A DNA stretch of 64,000 nt from a bacterium (GTDB lineage Bacteria; Zhuqueibacterota; Zhuqueibacteria; Zhuqueibacterales; Zhuqueibacteraceae). The stretch spans positions 1 through 64,000 of the forward strand of contig JBIOXB010000241.1 of assembly GCA_044869275.1 (NCBI GenBank). Direction: 5' to 3'. Numbering within the stretch: position 1 is the first letter of the stretch; the number at the start of each line of letters is the position of its first letter. Both the position numbers and the translations under genes were made by a program. Positions 26,600-36,165 of this stretch are shown here, one piece after another. The notes under the pieces were generated by a model. The model worked only from the letters and a program-made list of their open reading frames with translations. It was not told where the DNA came from and ran no database searches.

Positions 26600-28318
26600 C
26601 TACTCCACGGCGTTGCCAGCTTCGGCCAACAATTCGCGCGCGCTTTTGAGATGGGTTTCTGAAATTTTTTCGCCGCCGAGCAGGCTGGCGATGGCCTGCG
26701 GGCGTTCATGCCTCTGCAAGCGCCGCACGCGTGTGACGGTGCGGCCCTGAACCGTGGCCTTCTCCACGAGGAAATGATGCCGGCCCGCGCTTGCAATCTG
26801 CGGCAAATGAGTAATACAGATTATCTGGTGCGTTTGCGCAAGCTTTTGTAAACGCCTTCCCACGGCCTGGGCCACGCGGCCGGATACGCCGCTGTCGATT
26901 TCATCGAACACCAAGATCGGAATCTCATCGCGCTCGGCAATGATGGATTTCAACGCCAGCATGATACGTGACACCTCCCCGCCGGAGGCGACTTTCGCCA
27001 ACGGCGCCATTTCCACGCCGCGATTGGTGCTCAGAAAGAACTCTACAACATCAATGCCACGCCGCCCCACTTTAACTTTGTGGCCATTATATGTGACAAA
27101 GCCTCCGGCCTCGGGCTCGGCCGCGAGGTGTACACGAAACTGCGCCGTATTCAAGCCCAGTTCCGCGAGAACTTCAGGCACGAGTTTTTCCAATTGCTGC
27201 GCGGCCACATGGCGGCGCGCCGAAAGATCGAGCGCCAATCGGGCGCATTTTTTCTCCGCTTGAGTAAGTTGTTTCTCCAAATCTTTGAGCTCGACGACAA
27301 AATTCTCGAAGCGTGAGAGCGAGCTTTCAACTTGCTGCCATTTTTGCATCACCTCCGCGAGCGTGGGGCCGTATTTGCGTTTGAGTCGCTGCAAATCCGC
27401 ACGGCGCTGGCGCACCTGCTCCAAGCGCTCTTCATCAAGGTGGATCGAGCTCTGGTAACGCTGCATTTCTTGTGCGGTTTCGCGCAACGCGATTTCGGCA
27501 GTTTGCGCGTCGGCATACAACGATTCCAAGGAGGCATCGATGCCTTTCAATTCCGCCAGCGCGTCCATGACGCTCTTGAGCTGGACGTGCACGGCGTTTT
27601 CGTGCTCGTGCAAGAGCGCGCAAATCTTCTGCGCCAGCTCGGCGCGCCGCGCCGCGTGCGCGAGCAATTTGATCTCTTCCTCGAGCTTCTCTTCTTCGCC
27701 CGGCTGCGGTGAGACTTGCTGGAGCTCTTGCAGTTGGAAAATCTCCAAGTCGCGACGGCTTTGGCTCTCTTCATGCTGGCGCAGCAATTCCGCTTGTTTT
27801 TGACGGCATTGCTGTACCTGCTCGAAGGCCGCGGTGGTCTGTTCGCGCAAGTCGAACAGGCCGGCGAAGGTATCCAGAAATTGCAAATGCGCGCGCGGGC
27901 GCAAGAGCGATTGGTGCTCGTGCTGGCCGTGCAAATCGGCGAGATATTCCGCCACTTCATCCAGCGTGGCCGAAGAAACCGGCGAGTCATTGATGAAGGC
28001 GCGGCTGCGGCCGCTGGCATGAAACTCGCGTCGAATCAGCAACGCGCCGTCGCCCGCCGGCTCGATTTCATTCTCCTGCAACAGCCGCCCGATTTCCGCA
28101 TGCGGGCATTGCAGAAACCAGCCTTCCAGAATCGCTTTGGCCTCGTCGGCGCGCGCGAGCTGAGGCGCGGCCTTCTCACCTAACAGCGCGGCAATCGCGC
28201 CGACGAGCAGGGACTTGCCAGCGCCGGTTTCACCGGTAATGACATTCAAACCTTCTCCGAATTCCAGCTCGACGTGATCGGCGAGTGTGTAATGCGACAA
28301 TGAAATTTTTTGTAACAT
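26600..28318 (-). CDS. recN: DNA repair protein RecN
   Basis: TGETGAGKS, HGQHEHQ, VASGGEVSR, VFDEIDSGVSG, CITHLPQIA. Confidence 0.98.
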   Translation of the reverse strand: MLQKISLSHYTLADHVELEFGEGLNVITGETGAGKSLLVGAIAALLGEKAAPQLARADEAKAILEGWFLQCPHAEIGRLLQENEIEPAGDGALLIRREFHASGRSRAFINDSPVSSATLDEVAEYLADLHGQHEHQSLLRPRAHLQFLDTFAGLFDLREQTTAAFEQVQQCRQKQAELLRQHEESQSRRDLEIFQLQELQQVSPQPGEEEKLEEEIKLLAHAARRAELAQKICALLHEHENAVHVQLKSVMDALAELKGIDASLESLYADAQTAEIALRETAQEMQRYQSSIHLDEERLEQVRQRRADLQRLKRKYGPTLAEVMQKWQQVESSLSRFENFVVELKDLEKQLTQAEKKCARLALDLSARRHVAAQQLEKLVPEVLAELGLNTAQFRVHLAAEPEAGGFVTYNGHKVKVGRRGIDVVEFFLSTNRGVEMAPLAKVASGGEVSRIMLALKSIIAERDEIPILVFDEIDSGVSGRVAQAVGRRLQKLAQTHQIICITHLPQIASAGRHHFLVEKATVQGRTVTRVRRLQRHERPQAIASLLGGEKISETHLKSARELLAEAGNAVE

Positions 28319-28393
28319 CTACACTCTCCCCCTGGTCTTTTCAAGGAACAAATTGAGAAAACCGCCAGCGTTTTCTCGCGCCTGGTGAAAGAT

Positions 28394-28409
28394 TGCAAAG
28401 GCCATGCCT
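28394..28409 (-). promoter_or_regulatory. Candidate sigma54 -24/-12 promoter upstream of recN
   Basis: AGGCATGGCCTTTGCA (GG-N10-GC) 75 bp before the recN ATG. Confidence 0.4.
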
Positions 28410-28793
28410 GCGAGCAAACAGAAAAAAGCAAAACGCAAAAGACAACTTGGCATAGCAGTGGACTCGCTGAAAGTGAGAAGAGATGTGCTTTGGCTAGAAT
28501 CTTCGGTTATCGGCAAAAGGCGGGAATGAAAGTGCGCAGATTCACACTCAGATTGAGGACACCAAACACATGGCCTGCGCGCCGGCACCTGGCCCATTGT
28601 CCATGCCTGATACAGCCGTGCAAGTAGTCGTACAGAATCGTAACTCATCGCGCCGCGGCATTTTGCGAAGAAGGATTGACAAATTTCAGTGATTTGAAAT
28701 GTGCCGGTATGAGCCGTGTCCGGAGAACGAGCCACCACCACTTTGCCGGCACGAACGGCGAGAACGCGATGGGGAAGAAGAATTCCACTTGCC

Positions 28794-31067
28794 TTATTGC
28801 CGGATCACTGCCACTTTGCCCACGGCACTGGCACCGGTTTCCTCGACGAAAGCCATGAACAGATACACGCCGCTGGGCACCAACTCGCCCTTCTCATCGC
28901 GGCCATCCCACCCCACCTGTGCGCCGGGCACCTGCTCCAGCGGAAAAGATTTGATCAACGTTCCGTCGATGGAATAGATTTTGACGGCCGCACGCTCGGC
29001 AAGATTGGTGATGACGAAGCGGCCGCCCTGCTCGCCGAGGTGAAACGGATTCGGGTAGCCGGTGAGCGCATTCAAATCCTGCTTGGGAGCAGTGAAGGGC
29101 GTGCGCAAGCGCGAAATCCCGTTTGCCGTTGCAATCCAGACGTCACCGTTGTCCGGATTGAAGGCGAAATCAGTGACAAAATTGGCAACCAGCGGGCTGT
29201 TTTCGATGGTGATGGACTGAAAGGTGAAATTGTCCTCTCCCGACAGCACGGAAATGCCGTTGGCCGTCCCGATCCATTTATTGTTGCGCGGATCGATGGC
29301 GATGACATTGATGCTCTCGTTGATCACGCCGAAGCGTTCCTGCACATTGCCACCGAACCAATAGTACAAGCCGTCACCCGTGCCGACCCAAATGAAGCCA
29401 TCGCGATCCTGCGCCAGCGTGCGAATGTTCGTGCTGCGCAGCCCATCTTCCAGTTTTAAAGTGCCGGCATGGCGATCGTCAGCAGGGTCATTGAGCGTGC
29501 CATTGTAATCGATCACGCTCACGCCGGCATTGGGCAGCTCCTCATTGGTGCCCACCCAAACGCGATCCGCCGTCGTCGTCTTTTCGATCTCCAAAGTCAT
29601 CAAGGTCGGGCTGATTTGCTGAAAGGAAGAGGAAAAATAGCGCCACGCACCCTGGGCGGTATAGCAAGCGAGCGTATTGGAGTTGTTGGCGGTGTAGTTG
29701 CAAATCCAAACATTGCCCGCAGCATCCTGTTTGAAAAATGGTATGACGGCTGCGGCGGGATCATTGGAAATGCCCGCGAGGCCGTTGCTGGCATCAAGGC
29801 GAGAGTATTGCAGGTCGTCATCGTTACCCTTGACGATGATGATTCCTCTTCCCCATGTTGAAATCCAACGATCGCCATTCTGGAGAACATCGACGTGCCG
29901 GCAATCTTCAAAAATCAAAGGATGATCTTCGGAGCCGAAGCTTCGCCAGCGCTGGCCATTATACCTCATGAATCCCACTTGCAAGGCCGGCAGGTCCGAG
30001 GTCGTGCACCACACGTGGCCCTGCTGGTCAATGGCAATCGAGGTCATGTTATTCCTCGCCGGGCCATCGGGTTCACGCGCCAGCCAGGCATTGTTGGCTG
30101 GGGCGAATTCAAACAATCCTGCGCGTAAAGTCGAAAGCCACAGCACACCACGGGCATCGGCCACCATGCCCGTCGAGTTCGGAACCTCGGCGCCCACACG
30201 TTCCCAAACCAGAGGCGCTGCCAAAACTTGCAGTCCGCTGGTGGTCACCGCATACAGGCGCTCAGCGCCGGCCGTGCCAGCGGTTTGCACTTGCCGGAAC
30301 ACGAAGCCGGCGAGATTGCCGTTGAGGTTTTGCCAACTCGCGCCGGTGAGGCCGGCCACGCCGGTGACGCAGGCCGCAATGATTTTGCCCTGATATTTGG
30401 TGAAGCCGAGCACGCGATTGGAGGGCAGGCCGTGGGCCGTCGTGTAATTGGTCCAGCTTTCCGGCGCTTGCAGATTGGGCAAATCCAGCGAGGTTTGCGC
30501 AACGCCGCTGTTGGTGGCCGCCCACAAATTCCGGCCCTCCACGAAAACGCTGCGCACACTGTCGCTCTGAATGCCCTCGCCGAGATTGCGATACGTCTCT
30601 TTCACTTCTTGCCGGCTGATGAGATACAAGCTGATGCCGCTGCTGTGCGCGATAAACATCGAATCACCGAGCGGGAAGAAACCGAGCACGGCATAGTTGA
30701 AGGGCTTCAGATCACTGATCACGGCGAAAGTGTTCTTCTCCGGATCGTAAACATCGATGAGGCCGGTGGCATGCCCGATCCACACCTGGCCGCGTTCATC
30801 CAATGCGATGGTGCTGGTCTCGTTCTGGCTCAGCCCCGCGGTATTGTTGAACGTGCGAAAACGCTGCTCGCTCAATTCCCAAAACAAAACACCGCCGGTG
30901 GTCGCGGCCCAAACCCCCTGCGGTGAGCCCGCCAGCGCTCTAACATTGCGCATATTGGTGAAGGAATCCCAGAGCTGAGCCGAAGCATCCAGGATTGGGC
31001 CATTTTGAGCCAGCAGAAATCCGTGCACGAGCAAAACGCCGGCGACAGCATGGAGAAACTTTTTCAT
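28794..31067 (-). CDS. PorZ-like double beta-propeller (Reg_prop repeats) with C-terminal sorting domain
   Basis: Signal peptide; many GLxxNx(I/V)xxIxxDxxGxVW repeats; IDPRNNKWIGT; YPNPF...WDGRDEKGELVPSGVYL..KVAVIR. Confidence 0.75.
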   Translation of the reverse strand: MKKFLHAVAGVLLVHGFLLAQNGPILDASAQLWDSFTNMRNVRALAGSPQGVWAATTGGVLFWELSEQRFRTFNNTAGLSQNETSTIALDERGQVWIGHATGLIDVYDPEKNTFAVISDLKPFNYAVLGFFPLGDSMFIAHSSGISLYLISRQEVKETYRNLGEGIQSDSVRSVFVEGRNLWAATNSGVAQTSLDLPNLQAPESWTNYTTAHGLPSNRVLGFTKYQGKIIAACVTGVAGLTGASWQNLNGNLAGFVFRQVQTAGTAGAERLYAVTTSGLQVLAAPLVWERVGAEVPNSTGMVADARGVLWLSTLRAGLFEFAPANNAWLAREPDGPARNNMTSIAIDQQGHVWCTTSDLPALQVGFMRYNGQRWRSFGSEDHPLIFEDCRHVDVLQNGDRWISTWGRGIIIVKGNDDDLQYSRLDASNGLAGISNDPAAAVIPFFKQDAAGNVWICNYTANNSNTLACYTAQGAWRYFSSSFQQISPTLMTLEIEKTTTADRVWVGTNEELPNAGVSVIDYNGTLNDPADDRHAGTLKLEDGLRSTNIRTLAQDRDGFIWVGTGDGLYYWFGGNVQERFGVINESINVIAIDPRNNKWIGTANGISVLSGEDNFTFQSITIENSPLVANFVTDFAFNPDNGDVWIATANGISRLRTPFTAPKQDLNALTGYPNPFHLGEQGGRFVITNLAERAAVKIYSIDGTLIKSFPLEQVPGAQVGWDGRDEKGELVPSGVYLFMAFVEETGASAVGKVAVIRQ

Positions 31068-31142
31068 AAAGTTTTATGCAATTTGAATAGCAAGAGGGAT
31101 TGGCACGTTAAGTCCATCACAAGTGAAAACGATGCTTTTTGA

Positions 31143-31234
31143 GCAAAGAAATCCAAAATTCAAAGCTCAAAATTCAATACCGCCTTTGGGCTTTGTGTTT
31201 TGAGTTTTTCGTTTACGGCTTGTCCGAGTTAAGG
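31143..31234. repeat. ~90-bp heptamer-periodic palindromic element (CAAAATT-type)
   Basis: Colinear with 21918-21997; tail TTTCGTTTACGGCTTGTCCGAGTTAAGG. Confidence 0.8.
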
Positions 31235-31301
31235 GCCAACCATAACGTGCGCACTGATTCTTATCAAAAAATTCCGCGTGCCCTTTCAAGAAGTGAGCAA
31301 A

Positions 31302-31775
31302 TTATGGCTTTTCTGCGAGCCGGGAAAATAGATTCGCCATTTCAATCGCGGCCATGGCCGCCTCCCAGCCCTTGTTGCCGCCCTTCGTGCCCGCGCGTTC
31401 GATTGCCTGTTCGATGGAATCCGTGGTGAGCACGCCGAAAATCGTGGGCACGCCGCTGTGCACCCCAATTTCACCGAGGGACTTTGCCACGAAACCGGCA
31501 ATGTAATCGAAATGCGGCGTGGCGCCCCGAATCAACACACCCAGACAGATAATGGCATTGTGCTGCTGCAAAGCCACGAGGCGCTGTGCCGTCACGGGAA
31601 TTTCATACGCGCCCGGCACGCGATAAACCGTAACGTTCTTTTCCACCGCGCCATGGCGCAACAAACAGTCGGTTGCGCCCTGCAGCAATTGCTCGCAAAT
31701 GAAGCTATTGAATCGACTGGCGATGATGGCAAAACTCTTATCGCGTGCGTCGAGTTGTCCTTCGATGATGTGCAT
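31302..31775 (-). CDS. ribH: 6,7-dimethyl-8-ribityllumazine synthase
   Basis: SRFN, VPGAYEIP, IRGATPHFDY, FGVLT..EQAIERAG.KGGNKG. Confidence 0.98.
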   Translation of the reverse strand: MHIIEGQLDARDKSFAIIASRFNSFICEQLLQGATDCLLRHGAVEKNVTVYRVPGAYEIPVTAQRLVALQQHNAIICLGVLIRGATPHFDYIAGFVAKSLGEIGVHSGVPTIFGVLTTDSIEQAIERAGTKGGNKGWEAAMAAIEMANLFSRLAEKP

Positions 31776-31801
31776 GAGGGTTCCGTCTTAACTAGTAAAA
31801 C

Positions 31802-31852
31802 CACGTTACACGTTACACCTTACACGTGTAAAGTGTAAGGTGTAACGTGTAG
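31802..31852. repeat. Heptamer-periodic palindrome (TTACACG-type)
   Basis: CACG-TTACACG-TTACACC-TTACACG-TGTAAAG-TGTAAGG-TGTAACG-TGTAG. Confidence 0.85.
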
Positions 31853-31874
31853 CATCAGTCTTTTCATCAAATCA

Positions 31875-33104
31875 TCAATCACTGTGATCGCCAGAATCTG
31901 CACCGAGCATGATCAAATGCCCGAGCTTGTCACGTTTGGTCTCCAGGTACTTTCGATTGGCCGCATTCGCGGCAATTTCAATGGGCACACGCTCGACCAC
32001 TTCCAGGCCGTACCCCTCGAGACCGACGATTTTTTTGGGATTGTTGGTGAGCAAACGAATCTTGCGAATGCCGAGATCATGCAAAATCTGCGCGCCGATG
32101 CCATAGTGCCGCAGATCCGCTTTGAAGCCCAGCGCTTCATTGGCTTCCACCGTGTCTTTGCCTTCATCTTGCAGTGCATACGCTCTGACTTTATTTGCCA
32201 GGCCGATGCCCCTGCCCTCCTGGCGCATGTACAACAACACCCCGCTGCCGGCGCGCTCGATTTGTCTGAGCGCCTGCGCCAGCTGGTCGCCGCAATCGCA
32301 GCGCAAAGAGCCCAGCAGGTCGCCGGTCAAACATTGTGAATGCACGCGCACCAGTGTCGGCTCGCCCGTGTCGATCTCGCCTTTGACAACGGCCACGTGG
32401 TGGCTTTCCTCAATATTGCTTTCGTACACGTGCAGCATGAAATCGCCGTAGCGGCTCGGCAGCCGCGAGGTCGCGATACGGCGCACCAATTTTTCCTGGT
32501 GGCGGCGGTATTCGATCAAATCGCGAATGGTGATGATTTTCAAGTTGAATTCGCGCGCGATCTGCATGAGCCTGGGCACGCGCGCCATGCTGCCGTCTTC
32601 GTCCATAATTTCACACAACACGCCGGAAGGATTGAGCCCGGCGAGGCGCGCGAGATCGACCACCGCCTCCGTGTGCCCGGCACGCGTTAAGACGCCGCCG
32701 GGTTGCGCTTTCAAAGGAAAGATGTGCCCGGGCCGCGCCAGGTCCTGCGGCTTGGTTTCCGGCGCGATCAACTGGCGAATGGTTTCGGCGCGATCGTGCG
32801 CGGAAATGCCGGTGGTGGTATGACGTTTCGCATCGACGGAAACCGTGAATGAGGTCCCCAAGCTCGCAGTATTCTCAGGAACCATCTGGTGCAATCCGAG
32901 CTCCTGCAAGCGCTCGCCCGGCAATGACACACAAACGAGCCCGCGGCCGTGTTTGACCAAAAAATTCACCAACGCCGGCGTGACTTTTTCCGCCGCAAAA
33001 CAGAAGTCGCCCTCGTTTTCGCGATCGTCGTCATCCACCACGATGAGTATCTTGCCTTCGCGGAAATCGGCGATGGCTTCTGCAATAGCGTTGAAAGCGT
33101 ACAA
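31875..33104 (-). CDS. ribBA: Bifunctional DHBP synthase / GTP cyclohydrolase II
   Basis: [48 protein letters not shown] start with GGAGA RBS. Confidence 0.98.
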   Translation of the reverse strand: MYAFNAIAEAIADFREGKILIVVDDDDRENEGDFCFAAEKVTPALVNFLVKHGRGLVCVSLPGERLQELGLHQMVPENTASLGTSFTVSVDAKRHTTTGISAHDRAETIRQLIAPETKPQDLARPGHIFPLKAQPGGVLTRAGHTEAVVDLARLAGLNPSGVLCEIMDEDGSMARVPRLMQIAREFNLKIITIRDLIEYRRHQEKLVRRIATSRLPSRYGDFMLHVYESNIEESHHVAVVKGEIDTGEPTLVRVHSQCLTGDLLGSLRCDCGDQLAQALRQIERAGSGVLLYMRQEGRGIGLANKVRAYALQDEGKDTVEANEALGFKADLRHYGIGAQILHDLGIRKIRLLTNNPKKIVGLEGYGLEVVERVPIEIAANAANRKYLETKRDKLGHLIMLGADSGDHSD

Positions 33105-33164
33105 TATCTATCTCCAATACCGAAACCAGCGCGTGGATTCTAATCGGTTTGAATTTCTCATGCC

Positions 33165-33809
33165 CTATTTCTCTTCATAACCCCACTGCGCGAGCATCTC
33201 TTCAGTCAAGCCGCTTGCCTTTGAAAACTGCAGCAGCCGCTCTAAATGCTTGCCGACCAAATCTGTTTCGACATTGAGCTCGTCTCCCGCCTGGAGACTT
33301 CCCAGTGTCGTGTGCTCCAGAGTATGCGGAATCAATGCCAGCGTGATCACGGGATCTTCCAGGCGCGCGACCGTCAGACTCACGCCTTCGAGTGCGATCG
33401 CGCCGCGGGGGATGACGTAGCGCAGCAGCTCACGCGGCAACTCGACTTTCAAGAGCTTCCCTGCGGCTTGAGGCTCAAGCGACACAATCCGCGCGGTACC
33501 ATCAACATGGCCTTGCACGAGATGGCCGCCCAAACGATCAGCCAGCCGCACGGCACGCTCCAGGTTTACTCGGCTGCCGGTTTGCAGGTTCCCCAAAGTG
33601 GTCTTGCTCAAAGTCTCATCCACAGCTTGAATGGTGAACGTATTCTTCGCCACTGCAATGACGGTCAAACAAACGCCATTGACGCAAATGCTGTCGTCAA
33701 CTTTGGTGCCCTGCAGAACCTTGTGCGCGGTAAATCGAATTTGCCGCGCGCGGGACAATGCCACGAGGGAATGAACACTGCCGATCTCTTCGATGATGCC
33801 GGTAAACAT
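33165..33809 (-). CDS. ribE: Riboflavin synthase (alpha chain)
   Basis: MFTGIIEE, NGVCLTV, NLERA..RLGGHLVQGHVD, GVSLTV. Confidence 0.98.
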   Translation of the reverse strand: MFTGIIEEIGSVHSLVALSRARQIRFTAHKVLQGTKVDDSICVNGVCLTVIAVAKNTFTIQAVDETLSKTTLGNLQTGSRVNLERAVRLADRLGGHLVQGHVDGTARIVSLEPQAAGKLLKVELPRELLRYVIPRGAIALEGVSLTVARLEDPVITLALIPHTLEHTTLGSLQAGDELNVETDLVGKHLERLLQFSKASGLTEEMLAQWGYEEK

Positions 33810-33810
33810 T

Positions 33811-34722
33811 TCAATTCGTCCAAAGCGTCGCCACAATACCCAGGGCCATCAAGCCGATGGCAAAAGCTTTGCGCCAAGTGATCGCTTCTTTAAAGATGAA
33901 ATATCCAATCGCAACCGCAAGGTTCAATTCCACCACCCGCTTGACGATGGCAACAACCCGCAATGGCGCTTTTTGAATCACCGTGAGCTCCAAAGACAAC
34001 GCGGCCGCGCAAAACAAAATGGCGGCGAGCAGGAGCGCAATCTCCCGTTTCTCCACGCGCAATTGCAGCAGTTGCGCGCGTTTGAGCAAGATGATCATCA
34101 AGCCCGAAAAAATGCCCAGCACCTGCACCAGCGCATGAAAAGGCACCGTGGCCTGCGCCACCGCCAATTTATCCAGGGAAGAATTAATCGACCACAGCAA
34201 CGCCACTCCCGTCATCAGCACGCTGCCCTTCTCACGCAAAAACGCCTGCCACATTTTGCCCAAGCCCGAATCTCCCGCACCGGCGAGATTGAGATTGAGT
34301 GCGCCGAACACGGCGAGCAAAATGCCGCCGCTCTGCATGGCTGAGGGATATTCACCCAGCAATGGAATCGCCAGCAGCGTCACGTAAATCGGCGTGAGCG
34401 CGAGAAAGGGAATCGTCAAACTGAACGGCGAGATTTTGAGCGCGGAAACGAACATCAAATTCGCAGCAATATTGATCAGCACCGCCGTGAGCCCAGGCAA
34501 AAAATAACCCGCCTGCACTTGATAGGTGCCGGAGAAAATCACCCACGACAGAAAGATCGGAATTTGGCCGAGCGTCAAGAGCGCCACCAACGGTATCGTT
34601 TCAATGCGGCGGGCGAGCAGCTTACGCACGGCATCGAGGCCGGACCACGCCAGGCTGGTGGCAACGATCAAAAGAATGACACTGAGACTGACGATCATTA
34701 AATATGGCTTTCTGCGCATCAC
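33811..34722 (-). CDS. EamA/DMT-family transporter
   Basis: About 10 TM helices in two repeats; ALKISPFSLTIPFLALTP..LLGE; FKEAIT. Confidence 0.88.
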   Translation of the reverse strand: MMRRKPYLMIVSLSVILLIVATSLAWSGLDAVRKLLARRIETIPLVALLTLGQIPIFLSWVIFSGTYQVQAGYFLPGLTAVLINIAANLMFVSALKISPFSLTIPFLALTPIYVTLLAIPLLGEYPSAMQSGGILLAVFGALNLNLAGAGDSGLGKMWQAFLREKGSVLMTGVALLWSINSSLDKLAVAQATVPFHALVQVLGIFSGLMIILLKRAQLLQLRVEKREIALLLAAILFCAAALSLELTVIQKAPLRVVAIVKRVVELNLAVAIGYFIFKEAITWRKAFAIGLMALGIVATLWTN

Positions 34723-34723
34723 A

Positions 34724-34790
34724 CTTTACGTTTCACGTGTTACCGCTGCGGGAAGGCGCCAGGCGTAAAACGTAAGTCGTCATGTGCGAA
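34724..34790. repeat. Degenerate heptamer-periodic inverted repeat (TTTACGT-type)
   Basis: TTTACGT-TTCACGT-GTTAC ... CGTAAAA-CGTAAGT-CGTCATG. Confidence 0.55.
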
Positions 34791-34802
34791 GCTGCATTAC
34801 CT

Positions 34803-35918
34803 TCATTTCGGATATCGAATCCACCCGCTCACCAGGCCGTTGTCGCCCAGGATTTTCCAGCGCGGCTTGACGAGATGGATGGCCTCGCTCATATTGGCGA
34901 TGGGCAAGCCTCGAAACGCAGGCACGCCTTCGCCCAAAATCATGGGCGCAAAAAAACAGGTGAGGCGGTCGGCAAGTTTTTCTTCCAAAAAGCTGGTAAA
35001 GATGCGCCGGCCGCCTTCCACCAGCACGGCCGCGAGGCCTTCCTGCCCGATACGCTCCAGGGCCTGGCTCAAGTGCAAGTGGCCCGAAGGCGTCGGCGAT
35101 ACGTGCCACACTTTTGCGCCGCGCTGCTCGATCTCCGCGGCTTTGCCATGTTCCTTGCAATCGCTGGAAATGATGATGACCGTGCGCTCGACGTGGGCAT
35201 CGTTCAGCACTTTGGCAGTCATCGCCACGCGCAGATGGCTGTCCAACACGATGCGCCGGGGTTGGGGCCCTTCTTCATACCGCACGGTCAAGCGCGGATC
35301 GTCCGCGAGTATGGTGCCAATTCCCACCAGCACCGCATCCGTTTGCCAGCGCCAACGATGCGTGAGCCGGCGCGCGCGTTCGTTGCTGATCCAGCGCGAT
35401 TGGCCGTGCTGATCCGCGATTTTGCCGTCGACACTTTGCGCGATTTTGAGTGTGACAAAAGGCAAGCGCGTGGTGATGTATTTGAAGAAGCTTTCGTTTA
35501 ATTCACGGCAAGCTTCGGCAAGCAAACCAGTTTCGACTGAAACTCCGCTTTCACGCAAAACTTTAATGCCCCGGCCGTTCACGAGAGGATTCGGATCAAC
35601 ACTCCCCAAAACCACGCGCGTGATACCGGATTCGATGATGCGATTGACGCAGGGCGGGGTTTTGCCAAAATGGCTGCAAGGCTCGAGCGTGCAGTAAAGC
35701 GTGGCATTGCGCGCCAGATGTCCGGCTTCACGCAAAGCTTCAACTTCGGCATGATCACCACCAAATTTGCGGTGATAACCTGCGCCGACGATCTCTCGCT
35801 CACGCACCACCACGGCACCGACCAAGGGATTCGGGCTGACAAACCCTCGCCCACGCAAGGCCAGCTGCACGGCTTTCTTGAGAAACTCGCGATCCGCCTG
35901 TGAAAATGAAGACGCCAA
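34803..35918 (-). CDS. ribD: Bifunctional pyrimidine deaminase/reductase RibD
   Basis: PNPLVGAV, HAE, TLEPCSHFGKTPPC, AQSVDGKIA, VEGG. Confidence 0.98.
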   Translation of the reverse strand: MASSFSQADREFLKKAVQLALRGRGFVSPNPLVGAVVVREREIVGAGYHRKFGGDHAEVEALREAGHLARNATLYCTLEPCSHFGKTPPCVNRIIESGITRVVLGSVDPNPLVNGRGIKVLRESGVSVETGLLAEACRELNESFFKYITTRLPFVTLKIAQSVDGKIADQHGQSRWISNERARRLTHRWRWQTDAVLVGIGTILADDPRLTVRYEEGPQPRRIVLDSHLRVAMTAKVLNDAHVERTVIIISSDCKEHGKAAEIEQRGAKVWHVSPTPSGHLHLSQALERIGQEGLAAVLVEGGRRIFTSFLEEKLADRLTCFFAPMILGEGVPAFRGLPIANMSEAIHLVKPRWKILGDNGLVSGWIRYPK

Positions 35919-35951
35919 TTTTTTTGCTCACCCTCGTTTTTTTCATTGTGC

Positions 35952-35981
35952 AATATAACCAGAAAGGTGACATGCAGTCAA
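35952..35981 (-). promoter_or_regulatory. Sigma70-type promoter for the rib operon
   Basis: TTGACT-N18-TATATT. The leader is too short for an FMN riboswitch. Confidence 0.5.
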
Positions 35982-36023
35982 GGGTTTTTCTATCGTGAGA
36001 CGGAGCAGGACAGAGTTGAGGCG

Positions 36024-36077
36024 AGTATCCAGTAAACAGTGTCCAGTGACACTGAACACTGAACACTGGATACTGAT
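36024..36077. repeat. Heptamer-periodic palindrome (ACTGAAC-type) between divergent promoters
   Basis: AGTATCC-AGTAAAC-AGTGTCC-AGTG-AC-ACTGAAC-ACTGAAC-ACTGGAT-ACTG. Confidence 0.85.
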
Positions 36078-36084
36078 TTTGTGC

Positions 36085-36113
36085 TTGACAACGCATGCCC
36101 GTTTTAGCATATT
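36085..36113 (+). promoter_or_regulatory. Sigma70-type promoter for cmoA
   Basis: TTGACA-N17-CATATT. Confidence 0.4.
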
Positions 36114-36165
36114 TTGATGATTATCGTCGCATCTAATTGCAGCAAGCCGCTTTGGAGAATATACC

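Noticed and set aside
28319..28741. 140-aa minus-strand ORF before recN
   Set aside because: Atypical composition, no motifs, and it overlaps a likely promoter region.
35919..36165. FMN riboswitch upstream of ribD
   Set aside because: No RFN conserved sequence, and the promoter lies about 30 nt from the start codon.
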